Source: an uncultured Acetobacteraceae bacterium (GTDB lineage Bacteria; Pseudomonadota; Alphaproteobacteria; Acetobacterales; Acetobacteraceae). From it: a stretch of 49,953 bases of DNA. Made by a program: the position numbers and the translations under genes. The DNA lies in the NCBI GenBank assembly GCA_964434035.1, contig CAYSTX010000002.1:1-49953 (forward strand), in the 5' to 3' direction. How positions within the stretch are numbered: position 1 is the first letter of the stretch; each line of letters opens with the position of its first letter. The notes under the pieces are model-generated. The model had not been told where the DNA came from. It ran no database searches and saw only the letters and a list, made by a program, of their open reading frames with translations. Shown here piece by piece: positions 8,988-20,770 of this stretch.

Positions 8988-11237
8988 TTAATCCTGCAAG
9001 ACCCGATCTTGTTGACGCCGCTGCGCCGGCGCCACCGCGAGCGAGCCATGCAGGGCCGAGCCGCGCCCGGAGAGCGATGGGTTCGTCATGAAGTAATCGT
9101 GCGCCGATACCGGACGGGTTCCAGGTGAGACGCGCCGCCAATGTCCATCGGCCGCCAAGCTCCACGACTGCATCGTATCGCGCAGGTTTACCACCATGAT
9201 CTGGTCGAGGATTTGCGCGTGCACCGTCGGGTTATGGATTGGCACCAAAGTTTCGACGCGCCAGTCCATGTTGCGAGCCATCCAGTCGGCAGAACTGATG
9301 AACACCCGCGCCTCGCGTGACGGCAAGCGGCGGCCGTTGCCGAACACACAGATCCGCGCGTGTTCGAGAAAACGGCCGACGATGGACTTCACCCGGATCG
9401 TCTCGGACAGCCCCGGCACGCCGGGCCGCAGACAGCAAATGCCGCGGATCACCAGATCGATCTGCACCCCGGCGCGCGAGGCGTCATAGAGCGCGTCGAT
9501 CAACTGGTCATCGACGAGGCTGTTCAGCTTCAGCCAGATCGCCGCCGGCTTGCCCGCGCGCGCATGGGAAATCTCGTCACCGATCAGGCTGAGCAGCGCC
9601 GAGCGCATCGTGAGCGGGCTGTAGGCGAGCGCGTCCATCATCTCCGGCTGCGCATAGCCGGTCATGTAGTTGAACAGCCGCGCGGCGTCCCGCGTCAGGT
9701 CCGGGTCGCAGGTGAAGAACGAGAGGTCCGTGTAGACGCGGGCCGTGATCGGGTGATAGTTGCCGGTGCCGAAATGCGCATACGCGCGCACCGACCCGCC
9801 CTCGCGCCGCACGACCAGAGACAGTTTCGCGTGCGTTTTGAGTTCCGTGAAGCCGAACACGACCTGCACGCCGGCGGCTTCCAGCGTGCGGGCGAGCTTG
9901 ATGTTCGCCTCCTCGTCGAACCGCGCACGCAGCTCGACGAGCGCGGTCACCGACTTTCCTGCCTCCGCCGCCTCGATCAGCGCCTTGACGATCGGGCTGT
10001 CGCGGCTGGTGCGATAAAGCGTCTGCTTGACCGCGACCACGTTCGGGTCGCCCGCTGCTTCGCGTAGAAACTGTACGACGACGTCAAAGCTCTCGAACGG
10101 GTGGTGGACGACGATGTCCTTCGCCCGAATTGCCGCGAAGCAATCGCCGCCGAAATCACGGATGCGTTCCGGAAAGCGCGGCGTGTAGGGCGGGAACAGA
10201 AGGTCCGGCCGATCATCGACGATGAGCTGCTTGACGTCGGCCATGCCGACCAGCCCGTCCTGAATGACGATCTCCTCGGGGCTGGCACCCAACTCGCTCG
10301 CGACCAGCGTGCGCAGCTCCTCCGGCATTTCGCCACCAAGCGACAGATGGATCGCAACCCCGCGTCGCCGCCGCTTCAGCGCCGATTCGTACGACCGGAC
10401 GAGGTCCTCGGCCTCTTCCTCGAACTCGACGTCCGTATCGCGGATCAGCCGGAACATCCCATGCCCGCTCAGTCGGAAGCCCGGGAACAGCCGGCCAAGA
10501 AACAGCAACACCACGTCTTCCAGCATCACGAACCGGATCGACCCGTCGGCCTCCCCCGGCAGGCGCACGAACCGTTCGATCTGGGCCGGCAGCGGAATGA
10601 GCGCCCGCATACCGAGCCCGTCCTCCTCGCGGGCGAGCAGCAACGCGATGACGAGGCCCATGTTCGGAATGAAGGGGAACGGGTGCGCCGGGTCGATCGC
10701 GAGCGGCGTGAGCACGGGAAACACCCGCTCCATAAACCATGCATCGAGCCACGCGACCGCGTCGTCGCTCAGCGTCATAGGGTTGCTGACCTCAATCCCG
10801 TCGACGCGCAGCAGATCGCGCAGCTGCATCCAGGAGCGTTGTTGCTCATGCATCAAAGCCTCGGCGGCGACGCGCACCTCGGCCAGTTGCTGCGCCGGGG
10901 TGCGGCCGTCCGATGAGCGCACGGTGAGGCCGGCTTTCGCCTGCCCGCTCAGACCCGCGACACGCACCGAGTAGAACTCATCAAGGTTCGACGCCGAGAT
11001 CGAAACGAAGCGCAGCCGCTCCAGCAGCGGATGGCGCTGATTGTCCGCCTCTTCGACGACGCGCTGATTGAACGCGAGCCATGAAAGTTCGCGATTGATG
11101 AAACGATCCGGGCTATCCGGCGCGATCGGCTCGACAACCGTCGGCGCGGTCCCCACCGTTGCCAACTCGATGGGCATCGCGGTCGGGCTCACATCAGGGG
11201 AATGCGCCGCTGCGGGCTTACGACGGGTCACGGACAT
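8988..11237 (-). CDS. ppk: Polyphosphate kinase 1
   Basis: 749 aa, with [19 protein letters not shown] and [13 protein letters not shown] (autophosphorylated His region). Confidence 0.95.
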   Translation of the reverse strand: MSVTRRKPAAAHSPDVSPTAMPIELATVGTAPTVVEPIAPDSPDRFINRELSWLAFNQRVVEEADNQRHPLLERLRFVSISASNLDEFYSVRVAGLSGQAKAGLTVRSSDGRTPAQQLAEVRVAAEALMHEQQRSWMQLRDLLRVDGIEVSNPMTLSDDAVAWLDAWFMERVFPVLTPLAIDPAHPFPFIPNMGLVIALLLAREEDGLGMRALIPLPAQIERFVRLPGEADGSIRFVMLEDVVLLFLGRLFPGFRLSGHGMFRLIRDTDVEFEEEAEDLVRSYESALKRRRRGVAIHLSLGGEMPEELRTLVASELGASPEEIVIQDGLVGMADVKQLIVDDRPDLLFPPYTPRFPERIRDFGGDCFAAIRAKDIVVHHPFESFDVVVQFLREAAGDPNVVAVKQTLYRTSRDSPIVKALIEAAEAGKSVTALVELRARFDEEANIKLARTLEAAGVQVVFGFTELKTHAKLSLVVRREGGSVRAYAHFGTGNYHPITARVYTDLSFFTCDPDLTRDAARLFNYMTGYAQPEMMDALAYSPLTMRSALLSLIGDEISHARAGKPAAIWLKLNSLVDDQLIDALYDASRAGVQIDLVIRGICCLRPGVPGLSETIRVKSIVGRFLEHARICVFGNGRRLPSREARVFISSADWMARNMDWRVETLVPIHNPTVHAQILDQIMVVNLRDTMQSWSLAADGHWRRVSPGTRPVSAHDYFMTNPSLSGRGSALHGSLAVAPAQRRQQDRVLQD

Positions 11238-11275
11238 GGTTTGGTGCTCACCGATCGGTCTGGAAGGCTCGGACC

Positions 11276-11980
11276 CTACCCCGCCGTGCCGTACGCGGCC
11301 AGCAGGTCCGCCGCCATGCCCCGCGTCACGCGACGGCCCGACGCGAGGGCGAGATGGTCGAGGCGGGACGCGGCGTCCCGCAGCGCCGCCGGTGTGCGCG
11401 GGAGGCGGAGCAACAGGAAATCCTGCACCGGTTCCGGCACCGCGAGCTGCCGGTCCGACAGCAGACGCGCCAGCAGCGCGCGCAGCAAATCGTCGTCGGG
11501 GGCGCGAATGCCGATTGCGGACGCGGCCCGCAGCCGGCTCGCGAGGTCGGGCAACCGCACAGCCCAGAGCGACGGCGGGGTGCGTGCGGCCATCACCACC
11601 TTCTGCCCTCCCTCCTCCGCGGCGTTCAGCAGATGGAGCAGACTTGTCTCATCATCCGGTTGATCGGCGTCGTCGATTGCGACAGGCCCGGTCGGCGCGG
11701 GCGGTAAGCCGATCAGCGCGCGGGCGGGCATGATTGTCGCGCCGGTGCGTGCGGCCCAGAGATGCAGCAGATGCGTCTTTCCGCACCCCGCCTCGCCGAA
11801 AAGGATCAGGCGGTGCGATGGCCAGGGCGTGTCGCCCAGCAGCCACGCGCGCGCCTCGGCGTTGCTGTCGGCTGCGAGGAAGTCCTCAGGGAGATAGAGC
11901 GGTTCGCTCTCGATCGGGAGCGCGAGCTGTCGCGGGGTTGCGGGCTCGTGCACCGGTCGGGTCGGGTCACGCGGTGTCAT
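11276..11980 (-). CDS. hdaA: DnaA-related regulatory-inactivation protein HdaA
   Basis: 234 aa, with Walker A-like [13 protein letters not shown] and DnaA domain III-like architecture. Confidence 0.8.
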   Translation of the reverse strand: MTPRDPTRPVHEPATPRQLALPIESEPLYLPEDFLAADSNAEARAWLLGDTPWPSHRLILFGEAGCGKTHLLHLWAARTGATIMPARALIGLPPAPTGPVAIDDADQPDDETSLLHLLNAAEEGGQKVVMAARTPPSLWAVRLPDLASRLRAASAIGIRAPDDDLLRALLARLLSDRQLAVPEPVQDFLLLRLPRTPAALRDAASRLDHLALASGRRVTRGMAADLLAAYGTAG

Positions 11981-12000
11981 CCGCTAGCTGATCAGCGCGC

Positions 12001-13221
12001 TTAGGGCGGCGGGTCAAGATAGAGGGGGCTCATCAGATATCGCCGCAGCCAGAACCGGCAGAGTACGCCGATCGTCGCCGCGACCGGCACGGCGAGCATA
12101 ACGCCGACGAACCCGAACGCGGCGCCGCCGGCGAACAGCGCGAAGATCACCCAAACCGCCGGCAACTCCACCCGGTCGCCGAGGAAGCGCGGATAGATCA
12201 CGTAGCCTTCGAGGATCTGACCGACAATCAGCACGACGCCAACCATAATGACGCCGCGCCAGTCCGGAAATTGCGCGAAAGCCAGCCCAATCGCCGATAC
12301 GCCGCCGGTGACCGAGCCGACATACGGAATAAACGACAACAAACCCGCCGCGAGCCCGACGATCAGCCCGAGATCGAGGCCAACCGCTGACAGCGCGACG
12401 GCGTAATAGAGCGCGAGCAACATGCAGCAGAGGATCTGGCCGCGCACCCAGGCCGACAATATGCGGTCAACCTCGTGCGCCTGCGCCCGGATAACACCCG
12501 CATAGCGGCGAGGCAGCCAGGAATCGATGCGGGATACGACCGACGGCCAGTCGCGCAGCAGGTAGAACGCAACCACCGGCGTCACGACCACAAGCGTCAG
12601 GACGTTGAACAGCGCGAAACCGCCGCCGATCACCCGCCCGAGCGCGGTAGCGACGAAGGACAGCATCGCCCCCGCCTGTCCGCCGACCAGATCGCGCAAC
12701 TTGTCGTCGACAACTTCGGGGCCGAATCGCTCCTGCAGATGCGTGACCACGTCGCGTGCCCAGCCTTGCAGCAGCGTCGCGTATTGCGGAACGCGGCCGA
12801 TCAACAGGCCGAGCTGGGCCAGGATCACCGGATACAGCAACAGCGCGAACAGCAAGGTGACGGCGACGAGGCCAACGATCAGCAGCAAGGCGGCCGACCC
12901 GCGCGGAATGCCGGCGCGCGTCAGCCGCGACGCCGGCGGATCGAGGAAATAAGCGATGCCGGCGGCCGCGACGAATGGCAGCAGGACGGACGCGAACAAT
13001 TGCAGCGCGAGCCAGGCCCCGATCAGCAGGCCGCCGAACAGCATCAGCCGCTGCATCCGTGTCGCCGTCGGCGCCGGTGGTGGTGGCGGCGCGGGTGGCG
13101 GGAGCGGCGGTGGCGTCGGCAGCAACGGCTCCTGCCGGACCGGGCGCGTCGGCGGCGCCGGCGGGCGCGCGGCCTGCTGCGGCGGGTCCGCCGCGTCGAC
13201 CCCTGTGTCCGGCGGGGTCAT
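12001..13221 (-). CDS. AI-2E family transporter (PerM/UPF0118) with a polyproline N-terminal extension
   Basis: Multi-TM protein typical of the family. The N-terminus carries TPPPLPPPAPPPPPAP. The start overlaps the upstream stop (ATGA 13218-13221). Confidence 0.8.
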   Translation of the reverse strand: MTPPDTGVDAADPPQQAARPPAPPTRPVRQEPLLPTPPPLPPPAPPPPPAPTATRMQRLMLFGGLLIGAWLALQLFASVLLPFVAAAGIAYFLDPPASRLTRAGIPRGSAALLLIVGLVAVTLLFALLLYPVILAQLGLLIGRVPQYATLLQGWARDVVTHLQERFGPEVVDDKLRDLVGGQAGAMLSFVATALGRVIGGGFALFNVLTLVVVTPVVAFYLLRDWPSVVSRIDSWLPRRYAGVIRAQAHEVDRILSAWVRGQILCCMLLALYYAVALSAVGLDLGLIVGLAAGLLSFIPYVGSVTGGVSAIGLAFAQFPDWRGVIMVGVVLIVGQILEGYVIYPRFLGDRVELPAVWVIFALFAGGAAFGFVGVMLAVPVAATIGVLCRFWLRRYLMSPLYLDPPP

Positions 13222-13835
13222 GTCGTTGCCGTCCCGTCCGTCATCCGCGCCGCCTGACGAACATAGGCCGCGCCGGACAGCAGCGTGCTGGCGGCCACCA
13301 AGAAGACGAGCACGCGCACCAGCGGGGGCTGCGACAGCCCGAATCCGGAAAGCAGCAGCACGAGACCGACCAGCAGAAGCTGCAGCGTCGTGTTGATCTT
13401 CGAGATGAGAAGCGGGCGGATATGCAGCTTATGCCCAAGCACGGACATGGCGATGACTCCGCCGACGATTAGCAGGTCGCGGAAGACGACCAGGATCGCG
13501 AGCCAGTCCGGCAAAAGGTCGACGGCCGCAAGCGTCACGTACATCGACACCAGCAGCGCCTTGTCGGCGATCGGGTCGAGCAGCGCGCCGATATGCGTCG
13601 GCCCCAGCCGCCGCGCGAGCGCCCCATCGATCGCGTCCGAAATGCCGGCCGCGGCAAACACGAAAAACGCCCAGCCCGTATGCGACCGCAGGACCAGCCA
13701 AACGGCCGCTGGAACCGCGCACAGCCGCGCGAAGGTGATCGCGTTTGGAACCAGTTGGAACACGTGGCCAGCCCCGCGCCCCGCACCCGCTGCCGCGCCC
13801 GAGAGCCCGTCCGAAACGTGCCCGCCGTCAGGCAT
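13218..13835 (-). CDS. CDP-alcohol phosphatidyltransferase (PgsA-like)
   Basis: SDAIDGALARRLGPTHIGALLDPIADK matches D-x2-DG-x2-AR...G-x3-D-x3-D. ATG 13835 has a GGAG ~9 nt upstream and is preferred over the ORF-track start at 13913. Confidence 0.8.
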   Translation of the reverse strand: MPDGGHVSDGLSGAAAGAGRGAGHVFQLVPNAITFARLCAVPAAVWLVLRSHTGWAFFVFAAAGISDAIDGALARRLGPTHIGALLDPIADKALLVSMYVTLAAVDLLPDWLAILVVFRDLLIVGGVIAMSVLGHKLHIRPLLISKINTTLQLLLVGLVLLLSGFGLSQPPLVRVLVFLVAASTLLSGAAYVRQAARMTDGTATT

Positions 13836-13964
13836 AACCGTGCTCCACCCGTCGCGGCGCGCCCGGATCATTTGCCGGAGGTGCCGCGCTGTGCTTTGGT
13901 CGGGCGTCGCCATTCGTGATCAGCGCCATGGGCGACAGTCTGACAGCGTTCCGGGATTGGCGCC

Positions 13965-15032
13965 ATGAGCGGTCTTACCTACGGCGCCGCCGGCGTCGAT
14001 ATCGAGGCGGGCGACGCCCTTGTCGACGCGATCGCGCCGCTTGCCCGCGCGACCGCGCGGCCGGGCGTGATGGGCGGTCTGGGCGGATTTGGCGCCCTGT
14101 TCGACCCGCGTGCCGCGGGCTTTTCGGACCCGATCCTGGTCGCCGCGACCGACGGCGTCGGCACCAAGCTCAAAATCGCCATCGAAACCGGCCGGCACGA
14201 CACGGTCGGCATCGATCTTGTCGCAATGTGCGTGAACGACCTCGTGGTGCAGGGTGCGGAACCTCTGTTCTTTCTCGATTACTACGCGTCCGGCCGATTG
14301 GAGGTTGCGGCCGCGCGCGCGGTCGTCGCCGGCATCGCGGCGGGCTGCAAGGAGGCAGGCTGCGCGCTCGTCGGCGGTGAGACGGCCGAGTTGCCGGGCC
14401 TTTATGCGGCGGGCGACTACGACCTCGCGGGCTTCGCCGTCGGCGCGGCCGAGCGCGGGCACCTGCTGCCGCGCGGCGTCGCTTCGGGCGACGTGGTGCT
14501 CGGCCTCGCTTCGAGCGGCGTTCACTCGAACGGGTTCTCGCTCGTCCGCCGTATCGTCGCGGAAAGCGGTCTCGCTTGGGACGCTGGGGCGCCCTTTGCG
14601 CCCGACCGGACGCTCGCCGACGCGCTGCTGACGCCGACGCGGCTTTATGTGCGGTCCGTGCTCGCGCTACTGCGCGCGGGAATGCTGCGGGCGGCGGCGC
14701 ACATCACCGGCGGCGGGTTGCCCGGCAATCTGCCGCGCGTGCTGCCGGACGGGCTCGACGCGGTTTTGACGGCCGACTGGCCAATGCCGCCGGTCTTCGC
14801 CTGGCTCGCCGCGACCGGGCGCGTCGCGGCCGACGAGATGCTGCGCGTCTTCAACTGCGGCATCGGCATGGCGCTCGTGGTCGCTCCTGATGACGCCGAC
14901 GCGGCCATCGCGCTGCTACAGGCCGAGGGCGAAACCGTGCACCGGATCGGAGGGATCGAACCCGCCGGGGCGCCGGGTGCGGCGGCCGCGGCGCGGGTTG
15001 CCGTGCCTGCCGGGCGGCCGCTCCGTCCATGA
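13965..15032 (+). CDS. purM: Phosphoribosylformylglycinamidine cyclo-ligase (AIR synthetase)
   Basis: [17 protein letters not shown]...[10 protein letters not shown]...ATDGVGTKL. Confidence 0.95.
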   Translation: MSGLTYGAAGVDIEAGDALVDAIAPLARATARPGVMGGLGGFGALFDPRAAGFSDPILVAATDGVGTKLKIAIETGRHDTVGIDLVAMCVNDLVVQGAEPLFFLDYYASGRLEVAAARAVVAGIAAGCKEAGCALVGGETAELPGLYAAGDYDLAGFAVGAAERGHLLPRGVASGDVVLGLASSGVHSNGFSLVRRIVAESGLAWDAGAPFAPDRTLADALLTPTRLYVRSVLALLRAGMLRAAAHITGGGLPGNLPRVLPDGLDAVLTADWPMPPVFAWLAATGRVAADEMLRVFNCGIGMALVVAPDDADAAIALLQAEGETVHRIGGIEPAGAPGAAAAARVAVPAGRPLRP

Positions 15033-15673
15033 GCCGCCTACGCGGCGCGATCCTTGTCAGCGGTCGCGGATCAAATATGGGCGCGCTGCTGGAGGCGGCG
15101 GCCAATCCCGCGTTTCCGGTCGGCTTCGTCCTCGTCGTGTCGAACCGGCCGGACGCCCCGGCGCTGACCGTCGCGCGCGCCGCCGGGGTCGCGACGGTCG
15201 CGATCGACCACCGCCCGTTCAGCGCCGACCGGGCCGCGCATGAGGCGGCGATCGACGAGGCGCTCATGGCCGCCGGGGTCGAGATCGTGTGCCTTGCCGG
15301 CTACATGCGGCGCCTGACGCCGTTCCTGGTCGGGCGCTGGGCGCGGCGGATGCTGAACATCCACCCGAGCTTGCTGCCGTCCCTGCCCGGCCTCGATACA
15401 CACGAGCGCGCGCTCGCGGCCGGTCTGCGGCTCCACGGATGCACCGTGCATCTGGTGACCGAGACGGTCGATGACGGCCCGATCCTGGGCCAGGCGGCGG
15501 TGCCGGTGCTGCCGGGCGATACGGCGGACACGCTCGCCGCGCGCGTGCTCGCAGCTGAGCATCGTCTTTATCCGGCGACATTGGCGGCACATGTGGTCGG
15601 CGGCCCAGGTGGCGTACCGGATGCGACGGCAGCGCTGCTCAACCCCTTGCCGCTTCGCGCAACGATCCCCTAG
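15029..15673 (+). CDS. purN: Phosphoribosylglycinamide formyltransferase
   Basis: [10 protein letters not shown]...NIHPSLLP...[12 protein letters not shown] overlap with purM. Confidence 0.95.
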   Translation: MSRLRGAILVSGRGSNMGALLEAAANPAFPVGFVLVVSNRPDAPALTVARAAGVATVAIDHRPFSADRAAHEAAIDEALMAAGVEIVCLAGYMRRLTPFLVGRWARRMLNIHPSLLPSLPGLDTHERALAAGLRLHGCTVHLVTETVDDGPILGQAAVPVLPGDTADTLAARVLAAEHRLYPATLAAHVVGGPGGVPDATAALLNPLPLRATIP

Positions 15674-15703
15674 AACTCGGCCAACCGCCGCGAGGGCGCA
15701 GCC

Positions 15704-15898
15704 ATGGACGAGACGAACAACATGCAAACGTCAGCGACTACCCCAACCACAGTGCCGGTCCCGCCGGCACGGACCGAGACGCCGGAGCAGTTCCTCGACG
15801 AGCGCCGCAAGTTTTGGTCGTTCTTCACCGGCATGCTGACGTTCGGGGTTATTGCTGTCGCGGTGATTCTGATTCTGATGGCATTGTTTCTAGTCTGA
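15704..15898 (+). CDS. Small single-TM membrane protein, possibly aa3-type cytochrome oxidase subunit IV family (COX4_pro_2-like)
   Basis: 64 aa. The C-terminal FWSFFTGMLTFGVIAVAVILILMALFLV resembles the short alphaproteobacterial CoxIV-type proteins. The start is uncertain (Met1 or Met7). Confidence 0.45.
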   Translation: MDETNNMQTSATTPTTVPVPPARTETPEQFLDERRKFWSFFTGMLTFGVIAVAVILILMALFLV

Positions 15899-17015
15899 TC
15901 CGGGCGCGCCGGCCGATCAGGTTGTCACTCAGTCTCCGCGCCGTCCCGACACCGAGCGATACCGTCCAGTCCGGCAACGAAGCGGAATCGATCGCTGACG
16001 GAACCCGCTGCTGCGCGACATAGAGCAGCGGCCACATCGCACCCTGCCGCAGCGCGCCACGTAGGCATCGCCGCGTGATGTCGGTGATCGAGTCATCGAT
16101 GAAGTCGAAGGCCGGCTGTGTCATTTCCTGCCAGCGCAGGCGGACCACGAAGTGCCATCGCAACCGCCGCAGTGCGTCAAGCAACGCATCGAACGTCTCA
16201 CGGCTGTCGATCGGCTGGCGGCCGCCGCAGTGCTGGATGAGCAGGTTCGCGACGGTTTCAGGATCGTTCCCAAAGTCATGCCGCCGCAGCGCCGCGGCGA
16301 GCACCGTCGCCGCGTTCTTCTGCATCGTTGGCTCGACACGCTTCGCCGTGTTGGCCGCGTGGAATCGGTACGTCACAAGTGTCTGCGGCAACTGCACCAT
16401 CGGCCCGATATCCAGCAGCCGGTGATAGAGGTCGTAGTCGTCGGCGTATTCAGTGTGCGGGCGCATGAACACGCCAAGCGTCGGCAGCGTCGCGCGCCTA
16501 AACATCAGGCATGAATAGGCCAGCGGATTCCCGAGATAGAGCAGCCATTCGAGCATCACCGAATTGCCGGCTACGGCACGGCGTGATGGTGACGGCGACA
16601 CATGACCCGGCAAAAGATCCTGGGCGACACAGCTGACGGCGACGATTTCAGGATGGGTTTCGAGATGGGCGGCCTGACGGGCGAGCCGCTCGGGCAGCAT
16701 TATGTCGTCGTGGTCGATCGTCGCGACATAGGTGCCGCGCGCCTCGGCGACCCCGACGTTTCGCGCCGCGACAACGCCGCCATTGGCGGCCGAGCGGATC
16801 AGCCGGATCCGAGGATCGTCGAATCCGGCGACGACATCGACCGTATCGTCCGTCGAGCCGTCGTCGACGATCAGGAACTCGAAATCGGTCCGCGTCTGTC
16901 CGAGCACGGAGCGAATCGTCTCCGCGATCGTTTGGCGACCGTTATAGGTCGTCATCAGAACCGTTATGGTGGGATCGATCGCCACGATCGGGTGACACTC
17001 CGGATGCTCAGCCAA
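15849..17015 (-). CDS. Family 2 glycosyltransferase with a ~200-aa C-terminal region of unknown function
   Basis: VLMTTYNG...FEFLIVDDGSTDDT...ATIDHDD (DxD). The last ~15 codons are A-ending and overlap the convergent small ORF. Confidence 0.8.
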   Translation of the reverse strand: MAEHPECHPIVAIDPTITVLMTTYNGRQTIAETIRSVLGQTRTDFEFLIVDDGSTDDTVDVVAGFDDPRIRLIRSAANGGVVAARNVGVAEARGTYVATIDHDDIMLPERLARQAAHLETHPEIVAVSCVAQDLLPGHVSPSPSRRAVAGNSVMLEWLLYLGNPLAYSCLMFRRATLPTLGVFMRPHTEYADDYDLYHRLLDIGPMVQLPQTLVTYRFHAANTAKRVEPTMQKNAATVLAAALRRHDFGNDPETVANLLIQHCGGRQPIDSRETFDALLDALRRLRWHFVVRLRWQEMTQPAFDFIDDSITDITRRCLRGALRQGAMWPLLYVAQQRVPSAIDSASLPDWTVSLGVGTARRLSDNLIGRRARIRLETMPSESESPRQQ

Positions 17016-17330
17016 TGTGCTCGCTGAGATGGCATGGTGTGACCGCCGGAGCGAACCCGTGTCAACAAATCCCCTCGCAAATTCTGGTTAATCATCAAGG
17101 ATTTATTTGTACCGGTGCGCCGCGTTTCGGCGCCGTCCCGCGACGACTCGCTCCGGCCCGTTGTTGGCGCGGTCACTGATTTGGGTCAATGACCCTTCCA
17201 CCGCGAGCGGTATGTAAGCAGCGGCTTGGCCCGGTATCCGGTCACCGGGATGATGCGCACCAGCCGCGACTGCGCTACACAATTGCGTCAGACGAATAGC
17301 TTGCATCGCCCCCTTTCGTGGAGTCGTCCC

Positions 17331-17948
17331 ATGCGCTACGCCCCCGGCCACCGTCAGGCCACGAAGACGCGGATTTTGCACGCCGCCGGCCGACGCTTCA
17401 GGGCGATGGGATATGGTGGCATCGGGGTCGACGGCCTCGCGCAGGATGCGGGCGTCACGTCGGGCGCGTTTTATGGTCATTTCCGATCGAAGGCGGAGGC
17501 CTTCCGTGAGGCGGTCGTGGCCGGGATGGAGGAGCTGCGGGAGGGCATCATCTCGTTCCAGCGCGAGCATGGCCGGTCCTGGGTCAGCAGCTTCACCGCC
17601 TTTTACTTCGGCCCGAAGCTGCAATGCGAGATGGAGGAAGGCTGCGCTCTCCCGAGCCTGACGCCCGAGGTGAGCCGGGGCGGCGAGGACGTCCGACGCG
17701 CGTTCGAGACCCAGGTGTCGGACATCGCCGCCGTCATCGCCGACGGCATGCCGGAGTCGCAGTCGTGCGGGATGACGCGCCAGGAGATCGCATGGGTCAT
17801 GCTGGCACTCATGTCCGGCGGAACGACACTCGCCCGGGCCGTGCACGACGAGGCGAAGGCCGCCGAGATCGCGCGCGCGGTCAGCCGCGCCGTCGCCACG
17901 ATTGGCGCGCCTGTGGCTGCCGAGGCCGCCACCGCTAGTGCCGGTTAA
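17331..17948 (+). CDS. TetR/AcrR-family transcriptional regulator
   Basis: N-terminal HTH TRILHAAGRRFRAMGYGGIGVDGLAQDAGVTSGAFYGHFRSK. ATG 17331 is preceded by GTGGAG. Confidence 0.8.
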   Translation: MRYAPGHRQATKTRILHAAGRRFRAMGYGGIGVDGLAQDAGVTSGAFYGHFRSKAEAFREAVVAGMEELREGIISFQREHGRSWVSSFTAFYFGPKLQCEMEEGCALPSLTPEVSRGGEDVRRAFETQVSDIAAVIADGMPESQSCGMTRQEIAWVMLALMSGGTTLARAVHDEAKAAEIARAVSRAVATIGAPVAAEAATASAG

Positions 17949-18309
17949 TGGCGTAACGGCCGCCGCCGAACGCGACCACCTGAAGGAAGCCGCCGGCGAT
18001 GGCGACGTTCTTCATGAACTGGATCATCTGCGCGCGATCACCGAAATGGGCATGCGCGACGAGGGCCGTCGCGATCGACCACGCGGCCAGAATGAACGCC
18101 GTCCAGCGTAGCCGCACGCCGAGCACGAACAATGCCGCGACGACCAACTCGACCACGAGCGCCGTCGCATACGCCGCCGGCGGCAACGGCAAACCGTACC
18201 GGTGGAACGAAGCCATGGTCGCGTCCGGCGCCATCAGCTTGCCGTAGCCGGCCCAGAGAAAGAGCGCGGCGAGCAGGACCCGGCCGAGTAGCGCGGCCGC
18301 GTCGCTCAT
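17935..18309 (-). CDS. DoxX-family membrane protein
   Basis: 124 aa with 4 [21 protein letters not shown] is typical DoxX. The start overlaps the ndk stop. Confidence 0.8.
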   Translation of the reverse strand: MSDAAALLGRVLLAALFLWAGYGKLMAPDATMASFHRYGLPLPPAAYATALVVELVVAALFVLGVRLRWTAFILAAWSIATALVAHAHFGDRAQMIQFMKNVAIAGGFLQVVAFGGGRYAINRH

Positions 18310-18728
18310 CCGACAATCTCGGTCCCCGCGAAGAAGTAGGCGATCTCGGTCGCAGCGTTCTCGACGCTGTCGGACCCGTGCACCGTGTTCGCCTCGATGC
18401 TTTCGGCGAATTGGGCGCGGATCGTGCCCGGCTCGGCCTTCTTCGGGTCGGTGGCGCCCATCACGGTGCGGTTCCGCGCAACCGCGTCCTCGCCTTCGAG
18501 CACCTGCACGACGACCGGCCCCGAGATCATGAAGCCGACGAGGTCGTTGAAGAAGCCGCGCTCGCGGTGCACGGAATAGAATTGCTCGGCCTGCGCGCGC
18601 GTCAGATGCAGGCGCTTCTGGGCGACGATCCGCAGATCCGCTTTCTCGATCACGGCATTGACCTGGCCGGTGATGTTGCGCCGTGTCGCGTCGGGCTTCA
18701 GGATCGAGAGCGTGCGTTCTGTCGCCAT
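18306..18728 (-). CDS. ndk: Nucleoside diphosphate kinase
   Basis: [14 protein letters not shown]...NTVHGSDS (active-site His), 140 aa. It is the internal portion of the 237-aa track ORF. Confidence 0.95.
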   Translation of the reverse strand: MATERTLSILKPDATRRNITGQVNAVIEKADLRIVAQKRLHLTRAQAEQFYSVHRERGFFNDLVGFMISGPVVVQVLEGEDAVARNRTVMGATDPKKAEPGTIRAQFAESIEANTVHGSDSVENAATEIAYFFAGTEIVG

Positions 18729-18816
18729 TTGAAACGTCCTGATCGGTGATTTGTGGGTCGGGCGTTTAGACGAGCGGGCTTTCGGCCACAAGCCCGGGCG
18801 GAGTAAGCCTCCGCCC

Positions 18817-20703
18817 ATGAGTCTCCTTACGATCGACGACCTGACGGTGCGGATCGGTGGCCGCACGCTGATCGACGGCGCATCACTCGCAATCGAGGCA
18901 GGCAAGCGCGTCGGCCTTGTCGGCCGCAACGGTGCCGGCAAATCGACGCTACTCCGCGTGATCGCGGGTGATCTCGCGGCTGATGGCGGCACAAGCCGGC
19001 TCGCCGCGCGTGCGACCATGGCCGTTGTGCGGCAGGAAGCGCCATCCGGACCGACGTCGCTGCTGGAGACCGTGCTGCAGGGCGATCAGGAACGGCTGCG
19101 GTTGCTCGCCGCCATCGAGACGGCGCCGCCCGAGCAGCTTGCCGAGCTGCACGAGCGGCTACGCGCGATCGACGCCGACGCCGCCCCGTCCCGCGCGGCC
19201 GCGATCCTCGCCGGGCTCGGCTTTGACGAGGCGGCACAAGGGCGGCCAGTCGCCGATTTCTCGGGCGGTTGGCGTATGCGTGTGGCGCTCGCGACCGCGC
19301 TGTTCGCCAACCCGGACCTGCTGCTGCTCGACGAGCCGACGAACCACCTCGATCTCGAGGCGACGATCTGGCTCGAGGGCTGGCTCGCGCGGTTTCCCGG
19401 TGCGGCCCTGATCGTCTCGCACGATCGCGGCCTGCTCGATCGCGCGGTCGAACAGATCGCGCATCTCGATCGCGGCCGACTGACGCTGACGCAGGGCGGG
19501 TTCGAGACGTTCGTCCGCATCCGCGCCGAACACGCAATGCAGCAGGCGCGCGCGGCCGAGCGCGTGGCGGCGACGCGGGCGCATATGCAAGCCTTCGTTG
19601 ACCGCTTCCGCGCGAAAGCGACCAAGGCGCGGCAGGCGCAAGCGCGGCTGAAGGCACTCGCGCGGCTGCCCGAGATCGAGGCAGTCGTCGAAGACGCGCC
19701 GACGCGCTTCGCGTTCCCCGAGCCGCAGCAATTGGCGCCGCCGATCATCGCGCTCGACCGTGTTGCCGTGGGTTACGACGAAAAGCCAGTGCTGCGCGGC
19801 CTGTCGCTTGGCATCGACACGGACGACCGCATTGCGCTGCTCGGCCCGAACGGACGCGGCAAATCTACGTTCGCGAAGCTCCTCGCCGGCCGTCTCGAGC
19901 CGCTGACGGGGGACGTCCGCCGCGCGCCGCGCCTGCGCGTCGGCTATTTCGCGCAGCATCAGTCGGAAGAGCTCGTTCTCGCCGACAGCCCGATCGACCA
20001 CATGGCACGCGCCCTGCCCCGCGCCACGCCAACGGCGGTGCGGGCGCAGCTCGCGCGGTTCGGGCTCGACGCTGACCGCGCCGAGACGCCGGTCGGGCAG
20101 CTCTCGGGCGGGGAGCGGGCGCGGCTGCTGCTGGCGCTCGCGACGCGGGAGGCGCCGAACCTGCTGATTCTGGACGAGCCGACAAACCATCTCGACATCG
20201 ACGCGCGCGACGCACTCGTGCGGGCACTGGCGGATTTTGCGGGGGCCGTGCTGCTCATCAGCCACGACCCGCACCTCGTCTCGCTGGTCGCAGACCGGCT
20301 CTGGCTCGTCGGCGACGGGACGGTGCGGTCGTTCGACGGCGACCTCGACGATTACCGCGCCACCCTTGCCGGAGGCGGCCCGCGCCCGGTGGCGGCCGCT
20401 GGCCGGCCGGCCGACGCCGCGCCGCGCCGCCGCGACGACCGGCGGGACCGAGCGGCCGCGCGGGCGGAAACCGCGCCGCTCCGCCGTGCTGTACGCGACG
20501 CCGAGGCCGCGATTGCCCAGCTCACCGCCGAGCGCTCGAAGATCGAGGCGCAACTCGCTGATCCGACAGTATATTCGCCGGGCGCGAAGGTGATCGACAT
20601 CGCCGCCGCGCGTGCGCGTCTCGCCGCGATTTCGCGTGAGACGGAGGCGGCCGAGACCGCGTGGCTCGCCGCGTCGGAGGCGCTGGAGCAAGCGGCCGAT
20701 TGA
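18817..20703 (+). CDS. ABC-F family ATPase (two ABC domains, no TM domain)
   Basis: Walker [10 protein letters not shown] and GPNGRGKST, signatures FSGGWRMR and LSGGERAR, and a C-terminal coiled tail. Confidence 0.9.
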   Translation: MSLLTIDDLTVRIGGRTLIDGASLAIEAGKRVGLVGRNGAGKSTLLRVIAGDLAADGGTSRLAARATMAVVRQEAPSGPTSLLETVLQGDQERLRLLAAIETAPPEQLAELHERLRAIDADAAPSRAAAILAGLGFDEAAQGRPVADFSGGWRMRVALATALFANPDLLLLDEPTNHLDLEATIWLEGWLARFPGAALIVSHDRGLLDRAVEQIAHLDRGRLTLTQGGFETFVRIRAEHAMQQARAAERVAATRAHMQAFVDRFRAKATKARQAQARLKALARLPEIEAVVEDAPTRFAFPEPQQLAPPIIALDRVAVGYDEKPVLRGLSLGIDTDDRIALLGPNGRGKSTFAKLLAGRLEPLTGDVRRAPRLRVGYFAQHQSEELVLADSPIDHMARALPRATPTAVRAQLARFGLDADRAETPVGQLSGGERARLLLALATREAPNLLILDEPTNHLDIDARDALVRALADFAGAVLLISHDPHLVSLVADRLWLVGDGTVRSFDGDLDDYRATLAGGGPRPVAAAGRPADAAPRRRDDRRDRAAARAETAPLRRAVRDAEAAIAQLTAERSKIEAQLADPTVYSPGAKVIDIAAARARLAAISRETEAAETAWLAASEALEQAAD

Positions 20704-20770
20704 GTGATGAAACCTTCCGGGCCGTAACCTGTTACCGAACCAGAGTCACGCGCTTCCAAAGGGGATCATC

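Noticed and set aside
17016-17330. Locally A/T-rich GT2/tetR divergent spacer with the imperfect palindrome GGTCACTGA-N6-TCAATGACC (about 17170-17195) and CCGGTCACCGG
   Set aside because: These are plausible TetR operators or promoters, but they are short, imperfect and unsupported by a second copy. They are noted only as ordinary regulatory DNA.
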